A model generated the notes under the pieces. That model had not been told where the DNA came from. It was given only the letters and a program-made list of their open reading frames with translations, and ran no database searches. From NCBI GenBank assembly GCA_965644495.1, contig CBFFSA010000001.1:1426001-1490000 (forward strand): 64,000 nt of DNA. Direction: 5' to 3'. Position 1 is the first letter of the stretch. Every line of letters begins with the position of its first letter. The stretch is from Perkinsela sp. CCAP 1560/9 (taxonomy: Eukaryota; Protista; Euglenozoa: Kinetoplastea). Positions 25,690 to 36,562 of the stretch are shown piece after piece. The translations under genes and the position numbers were made by a program.

Positions 25690-26533
25690 TCTGGTATTTT
25701 TATCTTATGAGCCGTCATTACTGTTTTTTTTTGTGTTATCTTGTGTGCTTTTGGCCCGATTTCCGGAGTAACTTCAAAGATTCAGCATTGTAGACTTCCT
25801 ACCCAATGTTCTTGGGCCATATATATAAACTTTTAGAACTTGATAAAATTGATAACCATTGCACATACTCAGTTCCACTTTTTATCTATCTTTATCACCA
25901 ATGTCTGTCCTAAGATGTTGCAACGTCTTGAGATTAAAATCAAATCATCATCTAGCATTTTAGCTTATGTGCCGTCATCACTGTTTTTTTTTTGTGTGTT
26001 ATCTTGTGTGCTTTTGGCACGATTTCCGGAGTAACTTCAAAGATTCAGCATTGCAGACTTCCTACCCAATGTTCTTGGGCCATATATTGCCGCAGTTGCG
26101 AGAAGATAGTGTATGCGGAGAATTTTTCAATTTCCAATTGGAATGCTTCTCGAATGTTTTCTGCGTCTAGGCCTGCCCTATTTGCCAGTGTCTTGAGGAG
26201 TTCCTTAGTTTCCTTGTGAAGAAGACCACAATCTGTTACTGGTATGCAGCGAAAGTATTCTTGGTCCAATCCTTTTTCCTGCACATATTTCCGTTGCTTA
26301 CGGTCTACCGCATTTTGGAGGAGGGCAACGCTTGTCTGCCGCTTGTAGCTCCCACAACAAGTGTGCACCACTGTCACATCATAGAGTATCTCCCCAACAT
26401 TTGGCCACATTATGGCCAGATCAGGGCCTGAGCGAATTCTCCGAGCACGACAAGGGTGATGTTCTGCAGCTTCAGGTGAAATGGAACATTTGCACTTCGT
26501 GCAGAAGAAGGAAGAATGAATGCGTGGTTCTAT
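25690..26533 (-). mobile_element. Family A RLE fragment (stop at 26045) with 3' UTR, plus a short second copy of the same 3' end
   Basis: SGPDLAIMWP..GEILYDVTVVH; 25703-25822 repeats ~25963-26086. Confidence 0.85.
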
Positions 26534-27472
26534 AGCGCAGGGTACTCCAGCTTTGGCACAAAGATCGGAACAACACCGGAAAGAATGGAATTATTGCGAC
26601 TATTGATGGGGGTCACACATATGACCGACGAAATACGGACTGCTATGGATGCCATGTCCGAAATGTGGAGCAATGCGACATGGCAGAGCCGCGCGAGGCT
26701 GTGGGAGCGACTGAACGCATTTTGCAAGGGGAAGGGAATAACGCTCAACGCGATACACGCAGTAACGTTTCTGGCGAGTATGAACATCAGAGTGCAGGGA
26801 AAGATTACATACGCGCGAAGTCTCGCTACGTTGTTAAACCTCGCGGGCACGGAAACGAATCCGCTGAAATTCTATATAAAGTCGCTCCTAGCGGAGGGGG
26901 CGACCGAGCCAGTGCGGCAAATGAAACCGTTGACCCCCGAGTTACTCCATCGACTTTGGCGACATCTCCCAAGGAGCGAAAAACATACCTTACTGCTCTC
27001 CTGGAAAGCAGCAAGTCGGTGGACCGAAACAGCAAGTTTGACAAAAGCGCAATTTCACGAGGTAACACCCCACCGAATAGTTATCTGGTGGGGCAGGAAC
27101 ACGAAAACGTCTCGATTAAATCCTTTCCGCCCTTCCATGTACACGGTGATAGAGGGACAGGGAACCAGGCAACTATACGAATATATCAACCGATTGGGGC
27201 AGTGGGAACCCATGTCTCGGACCCCAGTATCCCAGGTCGACAGCAGAATTCGGGATATTCTAGGAACGGGGTACGGAACGCACTCGGCGAAAAGGGGGGC
27301 AATAACACAACTGTTCGCCGAAGTGGTAAAAGGGACTCTCCGTCTAGACGAGGTACAACACCTAGCCAAACACCAGGGCCTGGAATCCCTGCTACGCTAC
27401 AACGCAGATCCCGTGACGACGGCATTAGCATTGGGGACACAAAATGCGACAAAGAAATTAAGAATTATTTAG
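26534..27472 (+). CDS. Tyrosine recombinase (5' end probably the ORF starting at 12807)
   Basis: ASRWTE (R), NTKT (K), THSAKRG, LAKH and LRY catalytic pattern. Confidence 0.85.
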   Translation, partial: SAGYSSFGTKIGTTPERMELLRLLMGVTHMTDEIRTAMDAMSEMWSNATWQSRARLWERLNAFCKGKGITLNAIHAVTFLASMNIRVQGKITYARSLATLLNLAGTETNPLKFYIKSLLAEGATEPVRQMKPLTPELLHRLWRHLPRSEKHTLLLSWKAASRWTETASLTKAQFHEVTPHRIVIWWGRNTKTSRLNPFRPSMYTVIEGQGTRQLYEYINRLGQWEPMSRTPVSQVDSRIRDILGTGYGTHSAKRGAITQLFAEVVKGTLRLDEVQHLAKHQGLESLLRYNADPVTTALALGTQNATKKLRII

Positions 27473-29076
27473 ACCCCGAAGTGCTATTTTGCAAGTTTTT
27501 GGAAGATGTGCCACATGAAAAGGTAAGACACACGATTACGAGATCGAGAAGAACTTCGAGAGTCGCACAAGGGGAGGAGCTAAAGCTTCCGTTACACGTG
27601 AAGAAAGATATTCCTAACATAGAGTTAGGAGATGTTAAGGAGATGATGAATAATCAGACTCGTCAGCGCTTCGAGGACACGTGGTCAAAATTGACAGCAT
27701 TGCCGGAAAGTCCGAGTCCGGCACCAAAAAGCAAATCGTTTTTGAATACAAGAGATATTACAGAGCTGGTGGACGCAAGTTTTATTTCGAAGGTATCACG
27801 CGAACAAGAAGCGAAAAGTCCCACGATGGAATATGTAGTACCGTTTACTGTAGTAGAACCGGCCGAAAATGGCGCCGAACGTCGTCGTTTTATCGCCTGG
27901 ACCCAATCTGATAATGTGCGTGTGAAAGAGACGTACAAACCCCATGTTCCGGTTAAGCATGCAGCCTTTTACCTCCATCGAGCTCGCCAGCAGTCGGCGG
28001 TGAAGAGGGATTTGGCATGCGGCTTCTTTCAAGTAAACATTCCCGCAGCGAGCCGAGCAAAGTTTCGCTTTACAAATCAGGACGGGGTCCTATATCAAAT
28101 GAATGTAATGCCTATGGGGCATCGCTGTGCACCAGAACTGATGCACACGATCACATCGACCATTGCTGGGGACCCAAATTACTGCACTAGGAAATCCGCT
28201 TTTGTACATCCTGGTCTTGATGTCTATATAGACGGAATTCGTTATGCCGCAGACGACCAAGTAACAAAGAAATATGCCGAGTTTATTGATGCGCGTGCGT
28301 TGAAGGTGAATGCCCTTTTTAAGGACGTTGGTACCCCTCCGTTACAAAATTATACGTTTAATGGGGTGAATTATCATCATCGATTGGGGAAGGTCGCTCT
28401 TGGACCAAAAATTACGAAAAGGTTGCAATTGGATGACTATATGAATGGAACTTATTCCGGATTGGAGGCAGGGGTTGGGAGGCTTATTTTTGGTTCGGCC
28501 GTGATGGGAATCGGGATCCCGCAGTACCACATGCAATTGAAAATAGTACGCCGACGGATAAATAATTTAAATCGAGACCCGACGTTAGGGGACAAACTCG
28601 TTCCACTTCCTTTTGGGGTCCGAAGAACCCTTTGTGAGTGGCGGGATGCTTTGATCCACCGTTCCCCCGTTGAACCCGTGCGGCATCCAGATACCGTCCC
28701 TCATTGCCATATTCTGTGCACCGATGCGTCTTCTACAGGCTGGGGGGCAGTTCTATATTTGGACTACGGGCAAGTGTGTTGCACGGGAGCTTCATGGCCT
28801 GTTGGATTTGATTACGAGGTAAATCGAGCGGAAACACGAGCGGTGAGATTAGCATTTCAAAAGTATGGACACTTTTTTAATAGGGACACATGTGTGGATT
28901 TGTTTGTGGACAATACTTCCTGCCTGGCTGCCATAAATAGGAGAATGTCCCGTTCAGATGGGATCACAGCGGAATTGTGCGGGTTATTAAAATTCCTACA
29001 ACGTAACGGCATAGCAGTGCAGGCGCGTTATATAACTTCAAAGGACAATCCAGCGGATCCGTATAGCAGATTATGA
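26665..29076 (+). CDS. DIRS-type reverse transcriptase-RNase H, overlapping the YR ORF (true start uncertain)
   Basis: DLACGFFQV, MPMGHRCAP and YIDG; RNase H motifs TDASSTGWG, NRAE, VDN and NPADPYSR. Confidence 0.88.
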   Translation: MEQCDMAEPREAVGATERILQGEGNNAQRDTRSNVSGEYEHQSAGKDYIRAKSRYVVKPRGHGNESAEILYKVAPSGGGDRASAANETVDPRVTPSTLATSPKERKTYLTALLESSKSVDRNSKFDKSAISRGNTPPNSYLVGQEHENVSIKSFPPFHVHGDRGTGNQATIRIYQPIGAVGTHVSDPSIPGRQQNSGYSRNGVRNALGEKGGNNTTVRRSGKRDSPSRRGTTPSQTPGPGIPATLQRRSRDDGISIGDTKCDKEIKNYLDPEVLFCKFLEDVPHEKVRHTITRSRRTSRVAQGEELKLPLHVKKDIPNIELGDVKEMMNNQTRQRFEDTWSKLTALPESPSPAPKSKSFLNTRDITELVDASFISKVSREQEAKSPTMEYVVPFTVVEPAENGAERRRFIAWTQSDNVRVKETYKPHVPVKHAAFYLHRARQQSAVKRDLACGFFQVNIPAASRAKFRFTNQDGVLYQMNVMPMGHRCAPELMHTITSTIAGDPNYCTRKSAFVHPGLDVYIDGIRYAADDQVTKKYAEFIDARALKVNALFKDVGTPPLQNYTFNGVNYHHRLGKVALGPKITKRLQLDDYMNGTYSGLEAGVGRLIFGSAVMGIGIPQYHMQLKIVRRRINNLNRDPTLGDKLVPLPFGVRRTLCEWRDALIHRSPVEPVRHPDTVPHCHILCTDASSTGWGAVLYLDYGQVCCTGASWPVGFDYEVNRAETRAVRLAFQKYGHFFNRDTCVDLFVDNTSCLAAINRRMSRSDGITAELCGLLKFLQRNGIAVQARYITSKDNPADPYSRL

Positions 29077-29253
29077 TTTTATATAGTCGGATATACAGTA
29101 CTGTAAACACAGGGAATTAGATATCACACCAAAAAAAAAAAAAATAATAATGTTTTAGTTTACTGGCAGGTGAAATCGAATAATCCATGAGGGTAGTAGG
29201 CGACTCTTATGGTGTTTTCGACTCGCGTTTGGGTATATAGGAACTGGCGAGTG

Positions 29254-29906
29254 GGTGGTCCCCGCGTGGTACTACCCGATCGCAAGGTATAGGACAGTGA
29301 TTGGTTGGAAGTTATGATTTATATGAAGGGACGTCCCAGTGAAAAAACTATTTTATCTTTGGATTGGATTACACGAGTTCAAAGTGTTATTAGTAATATG
29401 TGCAGAAGGAAATATGCGCTGGTGAAACGAATATGTTATTGTGCAGTATCTTTCTATTTATTACAAATACGATGATGAACAATTCTTATAGTTTACGAAA
29501 AGAATTGTTTGAAGAGGATTTGCAGGTTTTCTATATTATAGAGGGTATGTGTGGCCCTACGGGGCACATAATAATATTTTATTATGATCTATTAATATGT
29601 GATAAATATGTGTATAGAAAAATTACAATTGTCACCTTGTAGTTTGTTTTTCACTCCCTATTCGCGTAAGGAAAGGTGGTCCCCGCGTGGTACTACCCGA
29701 TCGCAAGGTATAGGACAGTGATTGGTTGGAAGTTATGATTTATATGAAGGGACGTCCCAGTGAAAAAACTATTTTATCTTTGGATTGGATTACACGAGTT
29801 CAAAGTGTTATTAGTAATATGTGCAGAAGGAAATATGCGCTGGTGAAACGAATATGTTATTGTGCAGTATCTTTCTATTTATTACAAATACGATGATGAA
29901 CAATTC
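29254..29906 (+). repeat. Split direct repeats in B1-A2-B2 arrangement
   Basis: Two 232-bp copies. The spacer ends in the same 11 nt found at the element's left end. Confidence 0.85.
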
Positions 29907-31969
29907 ACCCTGGAGCCACTTTTTGCGCCAATGCAGCAGGGGATAATGTCAAAAGCGGGCTGCGAGAGGGTAGTGCACACCCTTCACGAAAAATATTTGA
30001 CAGGCCACTCCATCCTATCCGTAGACTTGAAAAATGCGTTCAACACCCCCTCCAGGAATGACGTCGCAAAGCATGTTTTCGGTATCGCAACGCTCCGACC
30101 CTTCCAAAGGTATTTTGCCGCTGAATATTCCGAGCAATCTCAGCTTCTCTTCTACGGCAGCGAAGGTAAATTGGTCGACACAGTATCAAGTTCCTCAGGA
30201 GTAAAACAGGGATCGCCACTATCCACGCTGTATTTCTGCACATACCTACAACCTGTATTGGAAACCCTTGCAGAAGAATTTCCTGGCATCAACATACATG
30301 CGTACATCGACGATATCAATTTGACATCCGAAGATCCGAATCAGCTCACGACCGCTTTTAAAAGGCTGAAGGCACTTGTCGCATCTAGCAATCTTGCACT
30401 ATCGGCGCATAAATGTGTTTGGTTTGGTGGCATCCTCGGCAAGTCCATTCCAGAAGCTCTTCAAGCCGAAGGAGTACAAACCGAGAGCCAGGCCACTAAA
30501 GTACTGGGGGCTTTTATTGGAGAAGACGACGCCATCAGTCAAAAATTGCTCCAAAAGATCGGCAAACAAGAAGTAATATTCCGCAGGCTAAAGCTAATGG
30601 GCATGAGTAACGTATCCCTCATCCTTTTGACAAAAAGTGTGAACGTTCGTCAACAGTACTACATGAGGACACACAACCCCAAGGCCACGGATCAAACATG
30701 TAAACGTTTTGATAGCGAAATCGAGAACGTACTTCAAACATGGATGGGCCCATTGCAGACTAGACAAATTGACATAGCAAGGTTACCCCTGAAGAAAGGA
30801 GGACTTGGTCTCACGGCGTGTCACCCAACGCGCGCGGCAGCTTATGAAGCTTCCCGACACACAGCTTTTGAGCATATAAAATCTTTTTCAGCTCGAGTTG
30901 TGCCGTCACAGTTTCATAGCACTGAACACGCTGGGACAGCAAATGAACAAGAACTCGCTCGTCAAAAACCACCTACTGATGAAATTACCGCTGCAGCGAA
31001 ACTTCATGAGGAAGCATGGAACAAACTCGTAAGCGATCCACAAATGGCCGGGACGTTAAAAGCAACCTCCAATAAGGGGAGTTATGACTGGCTACTGTCC
31101 AATGTAAGATATGTACCACCGCACTTATTCGAGCTAGCAGTCATGCCCCGTCTTGGAGTACATCACCCGAGACTTCCTGATGCTATGACTTGCCCTGGAT
31201 GCCGAACATTGATGGATGCAAACACTGCACTAACTCACATCCCCGGATGCGTGCAATGTACAGGTTTCAACGCCACAGCGAAGCACAACATGTTGACCAA
31301 GTTTCTGTATGATCTTTGCATGAAAGCTGGTATTCCATGCGAAAGAGAGCCGCGTTCTTTTAGCACGTGGAGTTGTCTAACATGCGGAAATACAGTCGAC
31401 TACAACAGTCAGCATCTCCACCACAAAACATGCGGAGGACGGCAGTTTCATCGCTCAGGCCCGGATCTTGCGATCTACTGGAACAGTGGCGTGGTGTTCT
31501 ACGACCTAACTGTGGTGCACGAGCTCGCGCCTTCCCATCGGAATAAAAAGTGTTCCCAACTCGTACGAGAAGCTATACAGCGGAAAAATGAAACATACGT
31601 CAATAGTGGCATGATTCCGGCGGAAGCTTTTGAGTGCCTTCCTGTCTTGTCCTGCGGGTCTTTACATAAGAGCACACGGGGCCTAATTAAATCACTGACG
31701 GATGTCTGCCTGTTGGATACCCAAAAAACCGAACAGGCATTCAAGTTGCTACTCCAAGAGCTGAACGGATCCGAAGTATATGCACAGCTCCGACATTTTT
31801 TGGAGCCTCAAGACTATCAGAAAAGCACTATTCTTTAAGAAATCAAAAGTACAGAAAAGATACAAATTGGAATTATAAAGTCTGCGAAGAGATAGACAAA
31901 AATCAGTGCTAAAAGTTTATGTAAACTTGAGAAAGTAATTTTGATTACAAAAAAAAAAAAAAAAAAAAA
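29907..31969 (+). mobile_element. Family A element A1, 3' half (RT, Zn finger, RLE, stop at 31838, poly(A))
   Basis: Open frame; YIDD, CPGC, KHN and SGPDLAIYW..FYDLTVVH. Confidence 0.92.
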
Positions 31970-32096
31970 TATATAAAGCCCATATTTCATCATCATCATA
32001 AAGAGATAAAGAGAAAAAGAAAAAGAAAATCTTATAGTTGGGTTGCTGTTCGTCTGTTGTAAGTTTTTTGTTAAAAAAAAAAAAAAAAAAAAAAAA

Positions 32097-33688
32097 GTTG
32101 GGACTGATCTGGTTGATCCATACACTGGACGCATTACCAAACCTAGCGTGCCTGGTGAATATCATGCAAATCGGAGCATCCTTTCCCGCCCAGCGAAAAG
32201 AAAACTCGCACTATCCCTCAATCACTCCCTTCTCCCGGTCTCGACGGATCAGGAAAAGATCATCCCGAGGCAAAAACATCTCAGCCAAGCTATCTCGGAT
32301 AGGGAATTTCAAACGGAATATTCAAAGGCAGACGCAAGAACGCGGGCGCGATGGATCTCGCAGTCCGGAAGAGGGGCCGGAAACTGGGCTTTCGCAACTC
32401 CCTCCAAGACCAGAGGCTACGCTTTCACTCACACGGAGTTTCGTACCCTAACACGCTGGTGGCTAGGCATGGACGTCTTCCCCGAAGATCGGCCTTGCCC
32501 AGCTGACGGGTGCACCCTTCCCTTGCTCAAGAATGGAGAGCACGCTTTGCTCTGCAAGAACGGCCATGGTATCATCTCACGGCACAACGCTCTGGCCCAA
32601 CAATTTACATCGTTCTGCAGCAGAGCCTTCCTGGCGCCACAGAGAGAGAAGAGTTTGGGAAATCGGGGTCCTGGGGGGGCTCTCACGAGACCAGCGGACG
32701 TATTTCTGCCAACGGCCTCCATCGCCAAAGGATCTTTAGCGCAAGGCATGGTCCTAGATTTTGCGGTCACTCACGCACAGCAAACAAAGTATTCGGACTC
32801 AGTCCACAATGCTAGCTGGGTGACCCCGGGGTCTTTTGCTGAGCACTTCGCGGAGACCAAGGCGCGACAGCGACAAGAAGCAGAAAAAGCAGGACATCTC
32901 TTCACAGCGATGGTGGTGGAATCCTTTGGTTCCTGGAGCGAGAGTGCGCTAGCGTTACTCCGGGACATCGGAACCCAACGGGCGAATGCGTCCAAAGGGC
33001 TCCTTTCACGAGACCAAGCGCGAAACGATCTCCTAACGGATCTGAACGTGACGCTAATGCGTTCTCAAGCCAGGATGATGGTTTCGCGCATCCGCGTAGA
33101 GGACCCAGCGGATCCTTTGGTAGAGGCTTAAGCCTCTACTGACAGTCCTATTTCAGCACGAAGACGCCATGGTATCCAGGACGGGTGCTGGTCGGGTCGA
33201 CAGAGTCTATGCTCACGCCTAGCCCGCGAGGGCTAGGTACCCCAAGTGAGGTAGTACACGGGTAGTGAATCTCCTCCCCGTCGGCCAGCATCCTGTTTCG
33301 CGACCGTGTCGCTGTCGACACAGGCCCGCGCCTGCGCCCTCCCATATAGCAAGGGAAGGGTTCACAAGTCAGGCCGTGGAGTGGTCGAAAGACCCGGTCC
33401 GGAACGCGCGAATGGATTGGGTCTGTATTGCTTGTTTTAGTTTTTACTGTTTCTTGTTTGTAGTATATACTTAGGGGAGATTAAATTGCTAGTTTTGGGC
33501 TGAGAAAAAACAAAAGGTACATCTGTGGAAACACAAAGATTTGCTAATTTGATTGCTTGTTTTCAACTCGTATACCCCCCCAATGGACCTACTTGGTTCG
33601 TCTACTGGGTCAAAATATAGAGGCAATGCCGCGATTCATACTTCTCCCCCCTTATTAACTGCAAAAAAAAAAAAAAAAAAAAAAAAAA
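32097..33688 (+). mobile_element. Family B element B2, 5'-truncated (RLE ORF to 33131, 3' UTR, poly(A))
   Basis: RHNA and RPAD..LDFAV; conserved UTR block at 33183-33415. Confidence 0.9.
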
Positions 33689-34600
33689 CTCAACTAAAGA
33701 AACAAATGAAAAGCGAACACGAAACACTGGCAACAAAACTGAACGAAAATCCCAGCATTGCTCGCATCACGAAGAGGTCAAAAGAATCCAACGTGCATTT
33801 GGACTCGGCGCACAACTACGTAAACCCCTATCTTTTCAAATACACGTTAATGATGAGACTAGGTGTCAGCATCCCAAAAGCGCCGAAAGATATTGCTTGC
33901 CCTGGATGTGGAGTCATGGAAACGCCAAGCAGTATTATGTCCCACGTAGCAGGATGTTCGCGTTGTTCTGGAATGAATTGCACTCGAAAACATTCTCATA
34001 TTGTTCGGTACCTGGCCGATTTATGTACGAAAGCAGGCCTTCCGTATGCAATAGAACCACGAATCCATTCGTCCTTCTTCTGTACAAAATGCAAGTGCTC
34101 TTTTTCTTCCGAGGCGGCGGAGGATCACCCGTGTCGCGCTAGGCGTATCCGATCAGGCCCGGATTTGGCCATTATGTGGCCCAATGCGGGCGAAATGCTT
34201 TACGACATTACGGTAGTGCACACATGTTGCAGCAGTTACATCAAGAAAACGAGTTCTGCCCTCCTTCAAAATGCGTTAGACAGAAAGAAACAGAAGTACG
34301 TAGAAGAGAAAGGACTTGACCCTGAAATTTTCCGATGCATTGCTGTCACCGACTGTGGTTTATTGCACGACAACACCAAAAATCTCATCAAAACCCTAGC
34401 GAACAGAGCGGATCTTAGTTTCGAAGCTACACGCCAAGCCTTTCAGTTGGAGATCGAAAAATTCGCTGCGTACACAGTGGTTTCACAACTGCGAAATTAC
34501 GTATCAGAAGAGAAATGGGTCGGAGGAATACGAGCTTAAATTCTGTGTTCGTTTGACTGCGATGAAAATATTTGAATGAAAGTGTGTGTTAGAATATGAA
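33689..34600 (+). mobile_element. Family A Zn finger-RLE fragment (stop at 34539)
   Basis: CPGC, RKHS and SGPDLAIMWP..YDITVVH. Confidence 0.88.
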
Positions 34601-34768
34601 TGAATCTTTTTTTTCCGAATCTCCTCTTCTGCTGTTTCTATCTCGATTTTGGTGTGTTCGTTATTTTTGAGGCTTTTGGGGGATATGATTCAGGTAAGTA
34701 CTCACCTCCACGCTCTTGTTCTGTTTCTATCTGGTTATCTGGTTTTCTATTTGGTCGAACTACGGCGC

Positions 34769-34944
34769 TTCCCGGTACCAAATATAACAAGGTACTAAAC
34801 AACTAGGGTGAGTGACCTGCATGCTTATTTCATCTTTTCTTATTCTACATTTCACATTGTAGATTCTTTTATTGCTGACCGGTTTCGATTTGATTGTGGC
34901 ACCATCCGGTACCGATTATAACAAGGTACTACACAACTAGGGTG
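34769..34944 (+). other. Two copies of a covarying hairpin motif (motif C)
   Basis: At 34769-34810 and 34903-34944. Three more copies lie on the minus strand at 40436-40619. Confidence 0.7.
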
Positions 34945-35141
34945 ACTGCCACACAGTTTCTTCTTTCTTTGACGCTCAGCTGCTTGCGGCGCGTGGTATA
35001 TGTTTTTGTTAAAAAACAGACAATCGCTTGAGGATTATTCATAGGTTATCGGAAAAATATTGTTTGTTTGTACCGTATCAGACACTTTGAATTACTGTAA
35101 TTCAAATGTAATTTACAAATTGGATACTGCCCGTGTTATTT

Positions 35142-35590
35142 TTACGGGCGAAAAGATATTTGATACCAAAAAAAAAAATTACACACTGTTTCTTTTAAAG
35201 CGTTTTTGTATGCTAGTTTCCATTTAGGACTTTTGTAGCCAATATAAGACTCTGAGGGCTCGAGTCTCTCTGAGAGGTTTTCAATTAATTTGGCCCAGTG
35301 TGCGCGATCAGAGGCATATACAAGCATTTCTTCCATCTCAATCCCAAGGTCTTGTGCGCATGCTTCGGAAGGCGATGGAAATCTCGCCTTTTCCCGGGAG
35401 CCCCATCCTACTAAAGAGCGGTAGATCTCAGAGTGCCTAATTTGGTGACCCACAAGGCGCGCCCGATTAATACGATGTATTGTATTGAAATGTAGCGTGT
35501 TGTGGTACAGAGATTCAATAGGATAACAATGCCCATTCTCATCAACTCCTACGGCGTCACACACGATGCGCCTCATGTTGCGCCAATATA
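35142..35590 (-). pseudogene. C-terminal part of the APE-RT ORF, detached by an insertion
   Basis: RARLVGHQIR and DRAHWAKLI, typical of RTE-like C-termini. Same strand as, and downstream of, 37518-40126. Confidence 0.65.
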
Positions 35591-35594
35591 TAGA

Positions 35595-36187
35595 AACCGA
35601 GAAATGGGTAGGAGGACTCCGTCTTTAAACACTCCTCTGAATATTACATTTTCGCTGCTTTTAACATTTCGTTAATAATGTTTCGTTGCTTTCAGCCTTT
35701 GGTGATTAATAATGTTTCGTTACTTTCAGCCTTTGGTGATTACTGTTTCGCTGCTTGGTTATTTTTGTTTTGCTGCTTGGTGATTATTGTTCCGCAGCTT
35801 TCAGCTCTTGGTTGTTACTGTTTCGCTGCTTTGGGTTATCACCGTTTCGCTGCTTTGAGTCGTCACTTTTTCGCTACTTTCAGCATTCGGCTATTACTGT
35901 TTTGCTTTTTTGAGTAACATGTGAATAAATAAAGGAACGGAAAACACGTGAAACTATTATTTTGAGTATACAGCAGCATTGTATACTGCCATTGTATACT
36001 ACAACAAGACGTTAAAGTCTAATAGTTTACGGTAAGAAATTCAGGCGAGAGCTTATTACGTATAGTTTAAAAAAAAAAAAAAAAAAAAAAACCTGTAGCG
36101 ATGGGGGAAACTATTCTTAAGGTCTGTGGTTCTATTCTTCTCCAGCGTCACGAATGTGCACTGAAATCTCTCTTCCAGCCGATTCAA
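35595..36187 (+). mobile_element. Family A 3' end (EKWVGGLRL*, repetitive UTR, poly(A) at 36069) followed by a ~97-bp RT fragment
   Basis: PVAMGETILKVCGSILLQR follows the poly(A) directly. Confidence 0.8.
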
Positions 36188-36562
36188 CTTTCATCTCAAA
36201 AGGGGCAGGGGGGATTTCCTGGATTACCTCATGTTGTTTACCTGTACTTCAACGTTTCTCACCTGCGATGCCGATATCACCATGGATGACGTACCGTAGT
36301 TTAGTATGGGATAGACAAGGGTGTTAATCGTAGAATAAAGGAAACCTTTACTCATATTTACCTCATTTTTTAATTCTCAGAAATCAAAATTTCCATTGTA
36401 CAATTCTTTTCGTAAACTTTTAGGATCTCAGCAAAAAGAATGCGTTGATCTTATATTAAATCACTTTGCTTGAACTTTGTTGGCTGCTAGGGCGCTGCAA
36501 AATTCACTTTCTATGCACCATGCCTGGTGCCCCTTCTTTCTGATCAATCTCACCCCGATCAA

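Larger units (their letters stand above)
11594..29906 (+). mobile_element. Tyrosine-recombinase retrotransposon (VIPER/TATE-like, gag-YR-RT/RH) with split direct repeats, interrupted by a 13.6-kb insertion
   Basis: gag at 11610-12749, YR at 26534-27472, RT/RH ending at 29076; 232-bp repeats at 29254-29485 and 29675-29906; CGTAAGGAAAG at 11594 and 29665. Confidence 0.8.

Noticed and set aside
12949-26533. Library or cDNA concatemer artefact
   Set aside because: Chain members are themselves interrupted by TSD-flanked insertions and embedded in larger elements, and the tandem copies have diverged. It cannot be formally excluded without raw reads.
33247-33256. let-7-like TGAGGTAGTA
   Set aside because: A 10-nt chance match with no miRNA precursor context.
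33280-33415. HDV-like ribozyme (block ends in GCGAAUGG)
   Set aside because: I could not build P1, P1.1 and P3 in the canonical order; kept only as an unknown structured RNA.
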